Virus record (IMG/VR): IMGVR_UViG_3300042923_000619
Coordinates: 96,001 to 160,000 of that record
DNA length: 64,000 bases
Direction: 5' to 3' (one strand)
From: a virus
In this document: piece after piece, positions 9,891-21,221 of the stretch
How the letters are laid out: every line of letters starts with the position of its first letter
Position numbering within the stretch: the first letter of the stretch is position 1
Translations under genes and position numbers: made by a program
The notes under the pieces: generated by a model
Databases searched by the model: none
Told to the model about the DNA's origin: nothing
What the model saw: the letters and a program-made list of their open reading frames with translations, nothing else

Positions 9891-11746
9891 TTGATTGATA
9901 TGACAATATCAGATATTAGAAGATGGATTGTATTAACAAACAAAAGCTATAAAGAATGGATCAAAGAGAATAATAAATATATGGCAGAGCAATACTTTGA
10001 TAAACGAAAAAGTTATTTAGACCAATTCAGTAAATATTACCATAATAAACAAGGAGAATTCACAAAAGAACAACAAATGTTTTACGATAGAAACAGTAAA
10101 GAATATGAATAATTAAGGCTGAAAAGCCTTTTTTATTTGTTGCAAATGATGTATAATTTGTCGAAAAATTTTTATATATTTATATTAATTTATTTCAAAA
10201 AACTATATACAAATCAATAAAATGAGAGTATAATCTATAGTATAGGGAACAAGGAAAGACGTAAACAAATTAATAAAAATATGAAGGAGTTGTTCAGATT
10301 ATGAAAAAAGTAGATTTTATAAAAGTGGTAAATGGAATGAATAAGGAAAATGAAATTGAAAGCTTTGACATTACAATATGGCATGAAGGTTCAGAAATAT
10401 ATACAGAAGTTTTAGTAAACGGAAATGAACCATTTACATATGGAGAAATAGAAAACTGGTATGAAGGTGAAACAATAGAAGATACAGAAGAAAATATATC
10501 TAAACTTTTAAAAGATGCTAAAAAAATTGAAGCTAACATAATCAAATGGATAAAAGGAACTTGTTTCCAAGGAACTAAAATAGTAATAAAAGAAGAGAAT
10601 ATATAAATTAGAAGGACGTAAAAATCCTTCTAATCTTTCATTATTTAAACAGAATAGAGGTGATTTAATGATGAAAAAATTTATAATATATTATGCTAAA
10701 AAAGATATAATCTTTGAAAATAGTGGAAGTTTCGCAATTATAAAAGCAGAATCATATAGGGATGCAAAAGAAAAATTTAAATATTATATAGTATCTAACA
10801 AAGAAACATTTGGGAACTTTATAGACTATTATTTTGACATAAAAGAAGAAGATAATTATAATTTTCAAGAAATACAAGTCTGATAAAAATATGATATAAT
10901 AAAATTGGTGGTGAAATTTATATAATGAATGAAAATTTAAACTGGTTTAAGATATTTGAAAATAAAACACTATCAAGAATTATTTTTGAAATTATAGTAT
11001 ATAGAAACAAAGTTAAGAACAAAAATACCAATGAGGAAGACTTAATTTTTATTCTTACTAGTAATTTTATAAAAATAAAAAATGTATCTTTAGATTTGTG
11101 TAATGGAATAGATATAAAAGATATCAACAATTCTTTGAAGGAGTTAGAGAATAAAGGATATATAAAAATAGAACAAATTGAAAAATTCATTCTTGATAAT
11201 GCATATTTAGCAATGGGACACAGTGAAAATATAAATATTTATTTATTAACTAATAAGGCAGATAAATTTATAAATGAAAAATATAAAATTATAAGGAGAA
11301 CCAACTCAAATGACAGTAGTAATAAGAATAATAGCTGAATACTTAAACATGTTAAAAGACTTTCAAACAGAATACAAAATATCAAGAAAAAGTTTTATAT
11401 TGCATCATAAAGAAAAAACTTTTGTTGTAAATCTTGAAGAAATTGACAACAAAGAAAATTTAAATGATTATGAATTGATTGATAAATATTGTAAATAAAA
11501 AAATTTTAGGAGTGATTATTTATGGTAAATATAGAAAATCAAAAAGAATTAATTAAAAAATTAGAATGGATTAAAAGTGGATTAGATAATAATAGATATG
11601 ATAGATTAGAAACAGAACATGACGAGTTTGATTATTTAACAGATGGATTAAAGAAAAAATTTTTAGATGCTGTTAAAGAGGAATTAAAAGAACAGAAACA
11701 AATTTTAAAAAATTTAAAAGGAACTCAAAAATTATTATCCAAATAA
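9891..11746 (+). CDS. Cluster of six small hypothetical early-type genes (9891, 10301, 10668, 10925, 11310, 11522)
   Basis: Co-oriented ORFs with strong RBSs, promoters and terminators (e.g. AAGGCT-GAAA-AGCCTT-U tract at 10116-10138); 10925..11338 has a wHTH-like segment. Confidence 0.7.
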
Positions 11747-12619
11747 AAATAATTAACCAATAAGACTATAGAAAAAATAAAAATCTATAGTCTATTTTTA
11801 TATCCAAAAATAAAAAAATAATATTACTGCAATTATTTATGATAAAAAATATCCAATAAAACCACGCTCAGGACTCCACAATAAGAAAAAAATAATTTTC
11901 CGATAACTTATATCTTGAAAAATAAAATTGCTTAAATAGGCTAATATGCTATATGTAAAAATTTTTTCTATGATGTTAAAATTAAAAAATATTCTCAGCA
12001 CATCAACAGATTAACCACTTGAATTCTAACGAAAAAATAAATTTAAGTAGAAATAAATTAAGATAAATACTTTAACGAATAAAAAGTTAATTGAGAATAA
12101 AATACACAAAGTCAGCATATAAACATAGCAAATAAGCCACTCATAATAAAATTAAAATAAAAAATTTTCTAAATGAGAATGCTAATTGAGAATGAAGTGA
12201 AAACTTGAAGAAAATAAAAAAAATTTTATTAAAAGTAGAAAAAATGATTTTTTAAAGAGTTCTAGAAATAGGATTCTTTTTATTATTTCAATCAAATACA
12301 AAACGTATAGTAACTAAAAATATAATTATATAGAAAATACACTATAACAACATTACAAACATACTACAAGGCTATTAAGAGCATTATAGACAATATTAGA
12401 CATAATAATATTATAATTAAACAACGCTCAAAACGACTCACAAAAACAATTAAAATCAGCTAACAATAAAGCACAACTAAAAAGAGACTATAATCACTAA
12501 TGAAAATAATCTCTTAATAACTTATGAAAGCTTAATCATATAAGCCTGCTTTGATGCACTTTTAAATTGTAATCTATATTAATTTATTATGTATGATCTA
12601 ATCTATTGATAATATATAA

Positions 12620-12790
12620 TTATAAATATAATTCTGTTTTACACTTTGTAAAACAATCTGCCAAAGTAGAGCATTCTGTAAAATTCTTATAAACAGTATC
12701 TCTAGCAATAGAATACATTAACATACTAGAACCGTAATTTGCACTAATTTCTTTATAAAAATGTCTTAATAATCTGTTTAACATAATCAT
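12620..12790 (-). CDS. Unannotated 56-aa protein (MIMLNRLLRHFYKEISANYG...KCKTELYL)
   Basis: Below the ORF-track cutoff; RBS AAGGTGG, promoter TTGCAA-N17-TAGAAT (12861 to 12833) and AACAAATTAA motifs on the minus strand. Confidence 0.6.
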   Translation of the reverse strand: MIMLNRLLRHFYKEISANYGSSMLMYSIARDTVYKNFTECSTLADCFTKCKTELYL

Positions 12791-13064
12791 CAACCACCTT
12801 TAATTATTTTAATTTGTTTTAACCTATAATTAATTCTAACATATAATATTAATAATTGCAATAGTATTTATTTTAATTTGTTTAAAATTTTATAAAAAAT
12901 ATCTTTCTATATATACACCAATTAAAATATGCTTTTTATCTATATTTCTTTCTATTAATTTATTATTTATTTTCATTAAAACTATTGCAATTTTGGTAAA
13001 TGAGAGTATAATAGTAATTAGATAAGACGTTAACAAATTAATAAAAAGTAAAGGGGTTTTAAAT

Positions 13065-13583
13065 ATGAAAACAACAGAATTAAGAATACCAACAATTGAA
13101 ACATTTTTAGCAACTTGGAGAACAAACGCATTTGATTATTATAAAGAAGCAATAAGAAAAGGTAGAGAAATTGAAGAAGATCATAAAGCATGGTGTCAAT
13201 CTCAAAAAGAAGAATACAAAGCGAATGGCGAAAGATGGTATGATGCATTAGGAATGGAACACTGGAAAACAACGGTTAAAAAATATTGGGAAGAAAATAA
13301 AACAGCTAAAAACATAAAAGATTATGGAGTACAAGAAGAAGATAAAAGAATTAACAAAATGTTAGATGTAGAAATAGAGAATAAAAGATTTGCTCTAATA
13401 GATAGAACAGAAAAGAAAATAGGAACTATAACAGATGCTTCAAATTTATACATAGCAAGTAACGGAGAAATAAACGGATTTATAATAGGAACTGAAGGAA
13501 AAGCAAATGTAAATACAGTTTATGCTGGAGGATATCACATTCAAAGATTACACTATAGGGTATTAGTTAATAAAGTAAAATAG
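13065..13583 (+). CDS. Conserved Firmicute phage hypothetical protein
   Basis: C-terminal NGEINGFIIG...YAGGYHIQRLHYRVLV motif; own promoter (TTGCAA 12985, TATAAT 13007). Confidence 0.6.
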   Translation: MKTTELRIPTIETFLATWRTNAFDYYKEAIRKGREIEEDHKAWCQSQKEEYKANGERWYDALGMEHWKTTVKKYWEENKTAKNIKDYGVQEEDKRINKMLDVEIENKRFALIDRTEKKIGTITDASNLYIASNGEINGFIIGTEGKANVNTVYAGGYHIQRLHYRVLVNKVK

Positions 13584-13922
13584 AAAAGGAGGGTGAAAAC
13601 CTTCCTAAACTTTAGGAGGTATGTAAAATGTCAAAATTAAATGATTTATTATTTTCAATCAAAGAAAATTTAAAAATGTACTCTTATACTTCAAATATTT
13701 CATTTTTTAATGATGCTAAAAAAGAGTATGAAGAGTATAAGAAAAGAAATGGTAAAAGAATAGTTGATAAGTTAGAAAATGTTTAAGAAGTTGAGGAAAT
13801 CAGCTTCTTTTTTTATTGTGTGATCTATAATAAAATTATTTAGACTTTATATTAATTTATTTACATTACTAATTATATATGTTATAATTAACTCAAGAAA
13901 TCACTTAAGGAGTTGTTTTAAT

Positions 13923-14423
13923 ATGAAACTAGGAGAATATAAAAGCTTTTTACAATTTGTAAAGGAAAGAACACCAGAACTTAAAAACTTAGATATACAA
14001 GTAACTAAAGGAGATCAATTCTCTACAGAAAAAATAAGTGATTATTTTGTAATTGATACAATAGATAAATTAAATGATACTTTAAACGTATTTACTTGTA
14101 TGTATTTTGAAAATAAAATAAATCAATATATATATTGGTTTAATAGAGATTATAATGAAGCTTTTGTATTGCTACATGAAATAGGTCATATAATTACAAG
14201 AAACTTATATAATAACAATGATTTAATACAAGAATACAACTCATTAAAAGAAACTACATACAATAGCACTTATGAAGCATTTACAGCTAATAGAATGCTA
14301 CCATGTGAAGTATTAGCAGATAATTTTGCAATAGAATTCACTAATAAATATTTTTATGAATTAGTAGAATATTTTACTGGAATGGATAAAGTGAAAGCAG
14401 ATGAATTTTTAGAAATATTTTAA
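13923..14423 (+). CDS. HExxH zinc metallopeptidase (ImmA/IrrE-like)
   Basis: VLLHEIGHII plus downstream E..AD.FA motif. Confidence 0.65.
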   Translation: MKLGEYKSFLQFVKERTPELKNLDIQVTKGDQFSTEKISDYFVIDTIDKLNDTLNVFTCMYFENKINQYIYWFNRDYNEAFVLLHEIGHIITRNLYNNNDLIQEYNSLKETTYNSTYEAFTANRMLPCEVLADNFAIEFTNKYFYELVEYFTGMDKVKADEFLEIF

Positions 14424-14553
14424 GGGTTGTTAAAAGCAACTCTTTTTTATTTGCTCAAATATATCTATATACTTAAAAATAAATTCTGTTTCTTTATATT
14501 AATTTATTGACAATATTAAAATATAAGCGTATAATACTAAGTATAGGAAGTGG

Positions 14554-14641
14554 TTACAACTTAAAACCTTTTAAATCTACAGACTAAACTACCTAGTACG
14601 ATAGTCTAAAGTATAAAATTTAAATAGTTCAAGTTGTAACT
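14554..14641 (+). ncRNA. Long structured 5' leader hairpin
   Basis: Nested stems GTTACAACTT/AAGTTGTAAC, TTTAAAT/ATTTAAA and AGACTA/TAGTCT between a TTGACA-TATAAT promoter and ORF 14704. Confidence 0.45.
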
Positions 14642-14703
14642 TACATAGTAAATCAGATCAGCAAGTTAAACAAATTAAAATAATTAAAGTGAGGTAGATT
14701 GAT

Positions 14704-16590
14704 ATGTTGAAATTAGTAGAAGGTCAATATGTTAAATTAACAGGAATGGAAGTAAAAGGAGAAAACGACATCTATATAGTAGATTGGGATAGAAGTGTAA
14801 AAAGAGAATATTACAATGTTACTAAGGATTCATATTCATTACATAAAGTTAAACTTGATGGAACTAAAAAACAATCTGGATATAATTTAGTTAATTATGA
14901 TGCTAGAGAAATAAAGAAAAATCCTAACATGAAAATTGAAGTTGTAACAGATTTAAAGAAAGCCAAGAAGGAAATTAATGAGTATTTAAAAGCTAGAGAA
15001 TCTGAAGAAATAGTTGTTACTTTTGAAAAAGCTGATTGTCAAGAAGTTAAACATCTTTCAATTATAAGAATGACAGAAGGTTTAAAAATAGGTTTTTGGG
15101 GTGAATCTTATTTATCTAATAATTCTTTATGGAAGGTTAAAATCAGAGAAGATAAAACAATATATATAACTGAATTAGGTAAAAAAGGTCAAGAACTTTC
15201 AAATAGCAGAATGTATGGTTGCAACTTAGCATTAACTAATCAAATATTATCAAAATCAGAAGTTGTTGAGAAAATTGAAACTAAAAAAGGTGATATGATA
15301 GCAGAAACTAAAAAAGAAGTTGAACCAGTTGAAGTTATAGAAAATAGAGAACCAGTTCAAGAAATTATTACAGAAACTCCAACAGTTGAAACTATAGAAG
15401 AACAAAACGAAGTAAAAACAGAGTCAAACGAACTTGCTTCAACTCAACAAATTGAAACTAATGAAATAGAATTTACAGTATCAGAAGATACTCACACAAA
15501 AACAGGGAAAAAGATATTTGTAGCTAAGTTAACAAGAACACTTTCAAAAGCTGAATTTATAAATATATCAATCAGAATTAAACCACTTGGAGGATATTAC
15601 AGCAGTTTCAAAAAAGGATTTTTATTTGATAATAACCCAATAGAAGCACTTCAAAAAGAATTTAATACTAATGCAGTAAATGAAACTATTGAAAATATAG
15701 AATCAATTCAAGAACCACAAAAGGCAGAACAACAACCAGAGATAATAATCAATGAAGAACTTGCAAAAAGAGCAAAAGAAAATATGTCATTTAATGATTA
15801 CAAAGAAGGTTCAGCAACAGAAGAGTATAACAGAGTTGTTGAGAATATGACACAAAAAATTAATGAAGCTACAGAACAAGTAAAAGATGATAGCGAGAAA
15901 ATATCTCAACTTGATTACTTATTAAATAAATTCAAAAAAGATTATGCTAATTGGACTAATAAACATAACGCAAATGGGGCTATTCATGTTAGTTGGATGA
16001 TATCAGGGCGTGGAAATTATAACATGAATAAGCATAATAAATGGGAATCAAGAGAAGGCAAGTTGTGGGCAGAATACAACGATATAATGGCAATAGATGA
16101 TAAAATAGATAAAATCATATATAGTAAAAAAATAATTAAATCTACTGACAGTGATGCGTTAGAAAAATTAAAAGAAAAATTAGCAGAAGAACAAAAGGCA
16201 CATGATGAAATGGTAAGCTATAATAAGCAAGCTAGAAAAGAAAACAAAGAAGTATATCCGACTTACATGTTAACTAATAGCAATCAAAGAATAAAAAATA
16301 TTAAAGATAGAATAAGTCAGCTTGAGAAGTTAGAAGAGTTAAAACAAACTAAAGGCAATACAGAAATTGAAATTAATGGAATTAAGATTGTCGATAATTT
16401 AGAAGCTAATAGAGTGCAAATGATTTTTCCAGATAAACCAGAAGAAAACATAAGAAAAATATTAAAGTCAAATGGTTTTAGATACTCTTATACTTATGGA
16501 GCATGGCAACGCAATAGAAACAGTTTATCAATGATGAAAGCAAAAAGCATAGCTGAATCATTAAAAGATAATAATTCTATAGCAGTATAA
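14704..16590 (+). CDS. Multidomain polyvalent-protein-like product (DUF3560-like core, conserved C-terminal domain)
   Basis: 628 aa with acidic linkers; SWMISGRGNYN and NRVQMIFPDKP...LKSNGFRYS...AWQR motifs resemble domains of early-transferred polyvalent proteins. Confidence 0.5.
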   Translation: MLKLVEGQYVKLTGMEVKGENDIYIVDWDRSVKREYYNVTKDSYSLHKVKLDGTKKQSGYNLVNYDAREIKKNPNMKIEVVTDLKKAKKEINEYLKARESEEIVVTFEKADCQEVKHLSIIRMTEGLKIGFWGESYLSNNSLWKVKIREDKTIYITELGKKGQELSNSRMYGCNLALTNQILSKSEVVEKIETKKGDMIAETKKEVEPVEVIENREPVQEIITETPTVETIEEQNEVKTESNELASTQQIETNEIEFTVSEDTHTKTGKKIFVAKLTRTLSKAEFINISIRIKPLGGYYSSFKKGFLFDNNPIEALQKEFNTNAVNETIENIESIQEPQKAEQQPEIIINEELAKRAKENMSFNDYKEGSATEEYNRVVENMTQKINEATEQVKDDSEKISQLDYLLNKFKKDYANWTNKHNANGAIHVSWMISGRGNYNMNKHNKWESREGKLWAEYNDIMAIDDKIDKIIYSKKIIKSTDSDALEKLKEKLAEEQKAHDEMVSYNKQARKENKEVYPTYMLTNSNQRIKNIKDRISQLEKLEELKQTKGNTEIEINGIKIVDNLEANRVQMIFPDKPEENIRKILKSNGFRYSYTYGAWQRNRNSLSMMKAKSIAESLKDNNSIAV

Positions 16591-16960
16591 GAAAAAAAAT
16601 TATAAGGTTGTTAATAAATTCTAGATAAAACTTAACAACCTTTAAACCTTATAAATAACAAAAAAAATATCAATACAAATATCTTACAAGACCACGCACG
16701 ACCAAAAATTAATAATCTAATACAATTACACCTTTTGAGAAAATATCTCTTAAATAGGCTATAAAGTGGGATATAATTAAATCATAATAAGCAATTAATC
16801 ATGTCTAAAATAAATTAATAGATATAAACAAAAAGCTTGACTTTAATATCCAACAAGTGTAATATGATAGATAAGAGGTACGTAAACCCAACAAGTAACA
16901 AATTAATAAAGCTACCTACTAATTATTAGAGGTTAAAGCAGTGAAAGGAATTGATTAATT

Positions 16961-17722
16961 ATGAATACACAATTAAATAAAACCATAGATAATATGACTA
17001 AGGAATCAATGCAGGATTTACTTAAATGGATGGTAAACACGCAAAGCGAAGAAGTAAAAGAAAACATGTTAAAGTATTTCAAAAATAACGAAAAATCAGA
17101 TTTAATTTTTATCAAAAATGTAATAGATGTTAATGTTGATGGATTAAACGGAATTAATCATTATAAGATTCAAGCACAATATAATAAAATAGATAATGAA
17201 GGTTATGCAACATTAATACATAAATTAGTAGATGAATTTGATTATACATGGGATGAAATAGAGCAAGAAGGTGGAGTTTCAGAAATCAACAAGCAATTAA
17301 AAGAATGTTATAATGTTGAATTATAAAAGGTCATTGCAGTACCTCAAAACTGCAAAATAAATTTAATGAGGTGTATTAATATGAATAAAGAACAATTACA
17401 ACAACAAATTAAAGAACAAGAAGAGAAAAATATAAGCCTTGGTAAAATATTTCAATATAGATTACAAGACAAAGAAATGCAACCACTTATTCAAGAATGG
17501 AGAGAAGGTAGCAAAAAATTAATGTTATTGGATAATGAATTATATAAATTAGAAATGAAAGAACGTGACGAAACATTAGCTAATGAAGATAATAAAAAAG
17601 AAACAAAAACTTTTGTTAATGGTTATGGTGAAGCAACAAAAAGATATATAACTAGTTCTACATATGAAAGAGCAGAAAAACGTAGACAAAAAGCAGTATT
17701 ATCATTTATAGGAAACCGTTAA
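16961..17722 (+). CDS. Two hypothetical proteins (16961..17326, 17366..17722)
   Basis: ORF track; promoter TTGACT(16837)-N17-TAATAT. Confidence 0.65.
17328..17355 (+). ncRNA. Intergenic H-type pseudoknot, copy 1
   Basis: S1 AGGT/ACCT (17328-31/17341-44), S2 TTGCAGT/ACTGCAA (17334-40/17349-55). Confidence 0.5.
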
Positions 17723-17947
17723 ACTCATACATAGATAATAAATCTATTTAATATAAAATATAGTACAATCCACAAACAAGTGGTTAATATAGATAAAGAC
17801 TAACTTTTTAAAAATAATTAGAAAGTTAGTCTTAAAGTGCATTAAATAATAATTGAAAGGTGGCTTGATAAGATGCTGAGGAATGAATAAATTAATAAAG
17901 AATAGTAATCAAATAATCAAAAATCAATAAAAAAGGAATGATAAACT

Positions 17948-18133
17948 ATGAACAATTATTATTGTTATAATCCAGTAAAGAAAGACTTTATTTGTAATAT
18001 GGGACAAGTTTATATTGATAAAGGAACTCACTACATAACTAATAAAGAATATTGGATATTTGAAAGAGGTGATAAACTTGATAAGATATTGAACAAGTGG
18101 AGAGTATTCCAGAAAATGAGATTTGAAGATTAA
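17948..18133 (+). CDS. Small protein typical of clostridial replication modules (DUF5659-like)
   Basis: YCYNP..K.F......G.H..T.K.YW.F pattern; directly upstream of a wHTH replication-like gene. Confidence 0.45.
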   Translation: MNNYYCYNPVKKDFICNMGQVYIDKGTHYITNKEYWIFERGDKLDKILNKWRVFQKMRFED

Positions 18134-18167
18134 TAAAAATATATAATAAGAGAGGTATTAAAACTAT

Positions 18168-19085
18168 ATGGAAATAAGAGAAAATGACACATACATAAGA
18201 ATTGATAATAAATATATAAGAGATGTTGAAAACATATTGACTAGTGAGGAATTAACTATATTAGCATTAATAACTATGAATTTAAGTTGTAAAGGAAGTT
18301 GTATATTTTCTATAACATGGTTATTAGATACTTTAGGATATTCCAGAAATAACAGCAGAAAAGTAAAAGATATTAAAAATATATTAGAAGAGTTGGTCAA
18401 CGATGGAATAATTAAATTGTATAAAAATGTATTGAATGATAAAGAGAATATTATAAATATAAATAATATTGATAGACATGATTTATTATATTGTGATATT
18501 GAAGATACAACAGACTTTACATTAATATATGATAGAGAAATATTAGAATTAATAAATATAGCTAATAAACATAAATTAGATACATATTCATTAATAAATT
18601 TTGTTTTATACATATATTCTTTTATAGATAATAATGAGCAGGACGAAGATTACAAATTATGTTATCCATCATTTAATAAAATCAATGAAGATATAGAACT
18701 TAGTGAAAGTACAATAATTAAATACAATAATATTTTACAAAAATACGATATTATCAGATGCGATTGTGCTGGATATAAAGAAACTTCAAAAGGTAAAATT
18801 AAAAATAGTAAAATGTTTTATTGCAGATATCAAGATAAAGATAAATTAATAAATAGAATTAATACATATAGAACTAAAGAAGGATTTATAAAACAAAATA
18901 AATTAAGCAAAGATAAATCTAATACAAGAAGAAGTTTAACTACAATAATGAATCATTTAAAAGAAAAAGTAAAAAATAATACAATAACAGAAATAGAATC
19001 AATAAGACTTGAATTACTACAGGAAGAATATGAAAAACTAAAATATATAGAAAAAGAACAAACAAAACCAACCGACAAAAATTAA
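18168..19085 (+). CDS. Winged-helix replication-initiator-like protein
   Basis: Two wHTH-like repeats (LEELVNDGII; LCYPSFNKINEDIELSESTIIKYNNILQKYDII); followed by repeats and a helicase gene. Confidence 0.55.
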   Translation: MEIRENDTYIRIDNKYIRDVENILTSEELTILALITMNLSCKGSCIFSITWLLDTLGYSRNNSRKVKDIKNILEELVNDGIIKLYKNVLNDKENIININNIDRHDLLYCDIEDTTDFTLIYDREILELINIANKHKLDTYSLINFVLYIYSFIDNNEQDEDYKLCYPSFNKINEDIELSESTIIKYNNILQKYDIIRCDCAGYKETSKGKIKNSKMFYCRYQDKDKLINRINTYRTKEGFIKQNKLSKDKSNTRRSLTTIMNHLKEKVKNNTITEIESIRLELLQEEYEKLKYIEKEQTKPTDKN

Positions 19086-19192
19086 ATAGCTTTTGCTATT
19101 TGTAGATTCTATCTTGATATTAGTTTATATTGATAATGAATATATCTAATTAGTTAATTTATATTGATAGTTAATCTATCTTTATACACTTC

Positions 19193-19346
19193 AATCGTGA
19201 CCTATATTTTGACATGGACATGCTGAACCTTGCACACTAGAAAGCACACTACAATAAATTAATGAAATATTCATGTGCAAGGTTTGATATAAAAGTATGT
19301 TAATCGTGTGTAAAGAAAAATAAAAAAGTGCCTAATCGTGTGCAAA
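19193..19346. repeat. Direct and inverted repeats between the wHTH gene and the helicase (possible second origin)
   Basis: AACCTTGCACA (19226-36) and TGTGCAAGGTT (19274-84) are inverted; TAATCGTGTGYAAA at 19301 and 19333; CAATCGTGAC at 19192. Confidence 0.5.
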
Positions 19347-19402
19347 TGAATTTTAGGTGTAATAAATTAAATAAAAATAAGAATAAGTGAGGTATAAAAA
19401 AT

Positions 19403-21019
19403 ATGGAATTAAGAGAATATCAAAAAGAATGCGTTGAAGCTATTCAACAAATGGAAACAGGAGAAAAGAAAATTGTTTATATTGCTACTGGTGGAGGGAA
19501 AACAATCATCATGTCAGAATTAGCAAGGCGAACAAATGGAAGAATATTAGTTATTGTAGGTTCAACAGAACTAAGAGAACAAACCATTGATAAAATGATT
19601 CAAGTTTGTGGTGATGATATATCAATTGGAAGTGTACAAGGTGGATTAAATGAAGTTGATAAAAATATAATAGTAGCAACTAGACAGTCATTAACGCACC
19701 CTAAGAGCCATAGAATGGAGGATATTTTAGTTGCTGGTAGTTTTGATTATGTATTAATAGATGAAGCACATCAAGCAGTATCACAGGTAAAAAGAGTTTT
19801 AGAAGTTGTAGGAACTAATTGTAAAATAATTGGATTTACTGCAACACCGTTCAATAAATTAATGACAGATATATTTGATGATTTTGTTTTTACAAAAGAT
19901 ATAGAATCATTAATTGATGAAAATTATTTGTGTGAGCCTAGATGCTACAGAATACCAACAAATACAGATATATCTGGAGTAAGAAGTGTTGGAGGTGAAT
20001 TTGTACAAAGCGACCTTGAAAGAACTGTAAATAATAATGATAGAAATTTAGTGGTTGTTAAGGCTTATATGGATAAAGCTATAAACCGTAAACATTGTAT
20101 AGTATTTGCAACAGGAATTGACCACGCAATGAATTTAGCTGAATGTTTTAATATTAATGGTATTAGTGCAAAAAGTATTGATAGTACAATAGATTCAGAC
20201 GAAAGAAAACAAACTCTTGAGGATTTTAAAAATGGAAAATTTAAAGTATTAGTAAATGTTAGTATATTAACGACTGGATTCGATTTTAAACCAATTGATA
20301 CAATTATACAAGCTAGACCAACCAAAAGCAAAATATTATATACTCAATGCATTGGAAGGGGTTTAAGGATTGCAGAAGGCAAGGAAGATTGTTTAATATT
20401 AGATATAGTTGATAATTCTAATAAATTCAATTTATTAAGTTGTAAAAGTATATTTAATATGGAAAATGGAGAAAGTTTTCAGGAAGCAAGACAAAGAGAA
20501 CAAAAAGAAAAAGATGATATGAAAAAGAGAATTGAAGAACAAAAGCGTATTGAAGAAGAGCAGGAACGCATCCGAATGGAAGAAGTACAACTCTTTAATA
20601 ATAGCTTATCAAATGTGTTATATAATAGTAATTTAGATTGGTTTAGAACTTATGTGAGTGGTCAAGAGGTTATTATATTAAGTGTTAGAAGTGATTTAGA
20701 TTATATAATAACATATGGAGAAGAAAAAGAGTTAAATTGTTATACATATCATAAATTAGATGGGTTTAAATATGAATTTGAATTATTAGAAACAAATGAT
20801 AATTTACTTGAGTTAATGGAATCAGTTGAAGAAAAAGCAGTAAAAGAAGGAAGTAGCTTCACATATAAACGCTCAATTTGGAAGCGTGAACCAGCAACAG
20901 AAAATCAAATAAAAGCAACTAAGGATAAGATAAGAAAAGTTAACCCAACAAAATGGGATGTACATAAATTTTTTGTTGGTAGAAATCTATATTTTGCATT
21001 TAAAAATTTAGCTAGTTAG
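19403..21019 (+). CDS. Superfamily 2 DEAH-box helicase
   Basis: ATGGGKT, DEAH, TATP, LTTGFD and QCIGRGLR motifs. Confidence 0.92.
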   Translation: MELREYQKECVEAIQQMETGEKKIVYIATGGGKTIIMSELARRTNGRILVIVGSTELREQTIDKMIQVCGDDISIGSVQGGLNEVDKNIIVATRQSLTHPKSHRMEDILVAGSFDYVLIDEAHQAVSQVKRVLEVVGTNCKIIGFTATPFNKLMTDIFDDFVFTKDIESLIDENYLCEPRCYRIPTNTDISGVRSVGGEFVQSDLERTVNNNDRNLVVVKAYMDKAINRKHCIVFATGIDHAMNLAECFNINGISAKSIDSTIDSDERKQTLEDFKNGKFKVLVNVSILTTGFDFKPIDTIIQARPTKSKILYTQCIGRGLRIAEGKEDCLILDIVDNSNKFNLLSCKSIFNMENGESFQEARQREQKEKDDMKKRIEEQKRIEEEQERIRMEEVQLFNNSLSNVLYNSNLDWFRTYVSGQEVIILSVRSDLDYIITYGEEKELNCYTYHKLDGFKYEFELLETNDNLLELMESVEEKAVKEGSSFTYKRSIWKREPATENQIKATKDKIRKVNPTKWDVHKFFVGRNLYFAFKNLAS

Positions 21020-21221
21020 AAGGTGTTGAGGATATATTTTTATATATCCTTTTCTTTATAACTAATTCTAATTGATAACAAATATCATTTTTCAATAAAA
21101 ACCACCTTTTAAAGTAAAATTATCTCTATTAATTTGTTTAAAAAGCTTGTAATATATAATTAAGTATGTTAATATTAATATAACAACAAGGAATAAATTA
21201 ATAGATTGAAAGGAAGTTATT

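Noticed and set aside
9520-12195. Repeated ATTGAGAAT/TGATAAT words as Fur boxes
   Set aside because: No proper 7-1-7 inverted arrangement; not distinguishable from AT-rich background by eye.
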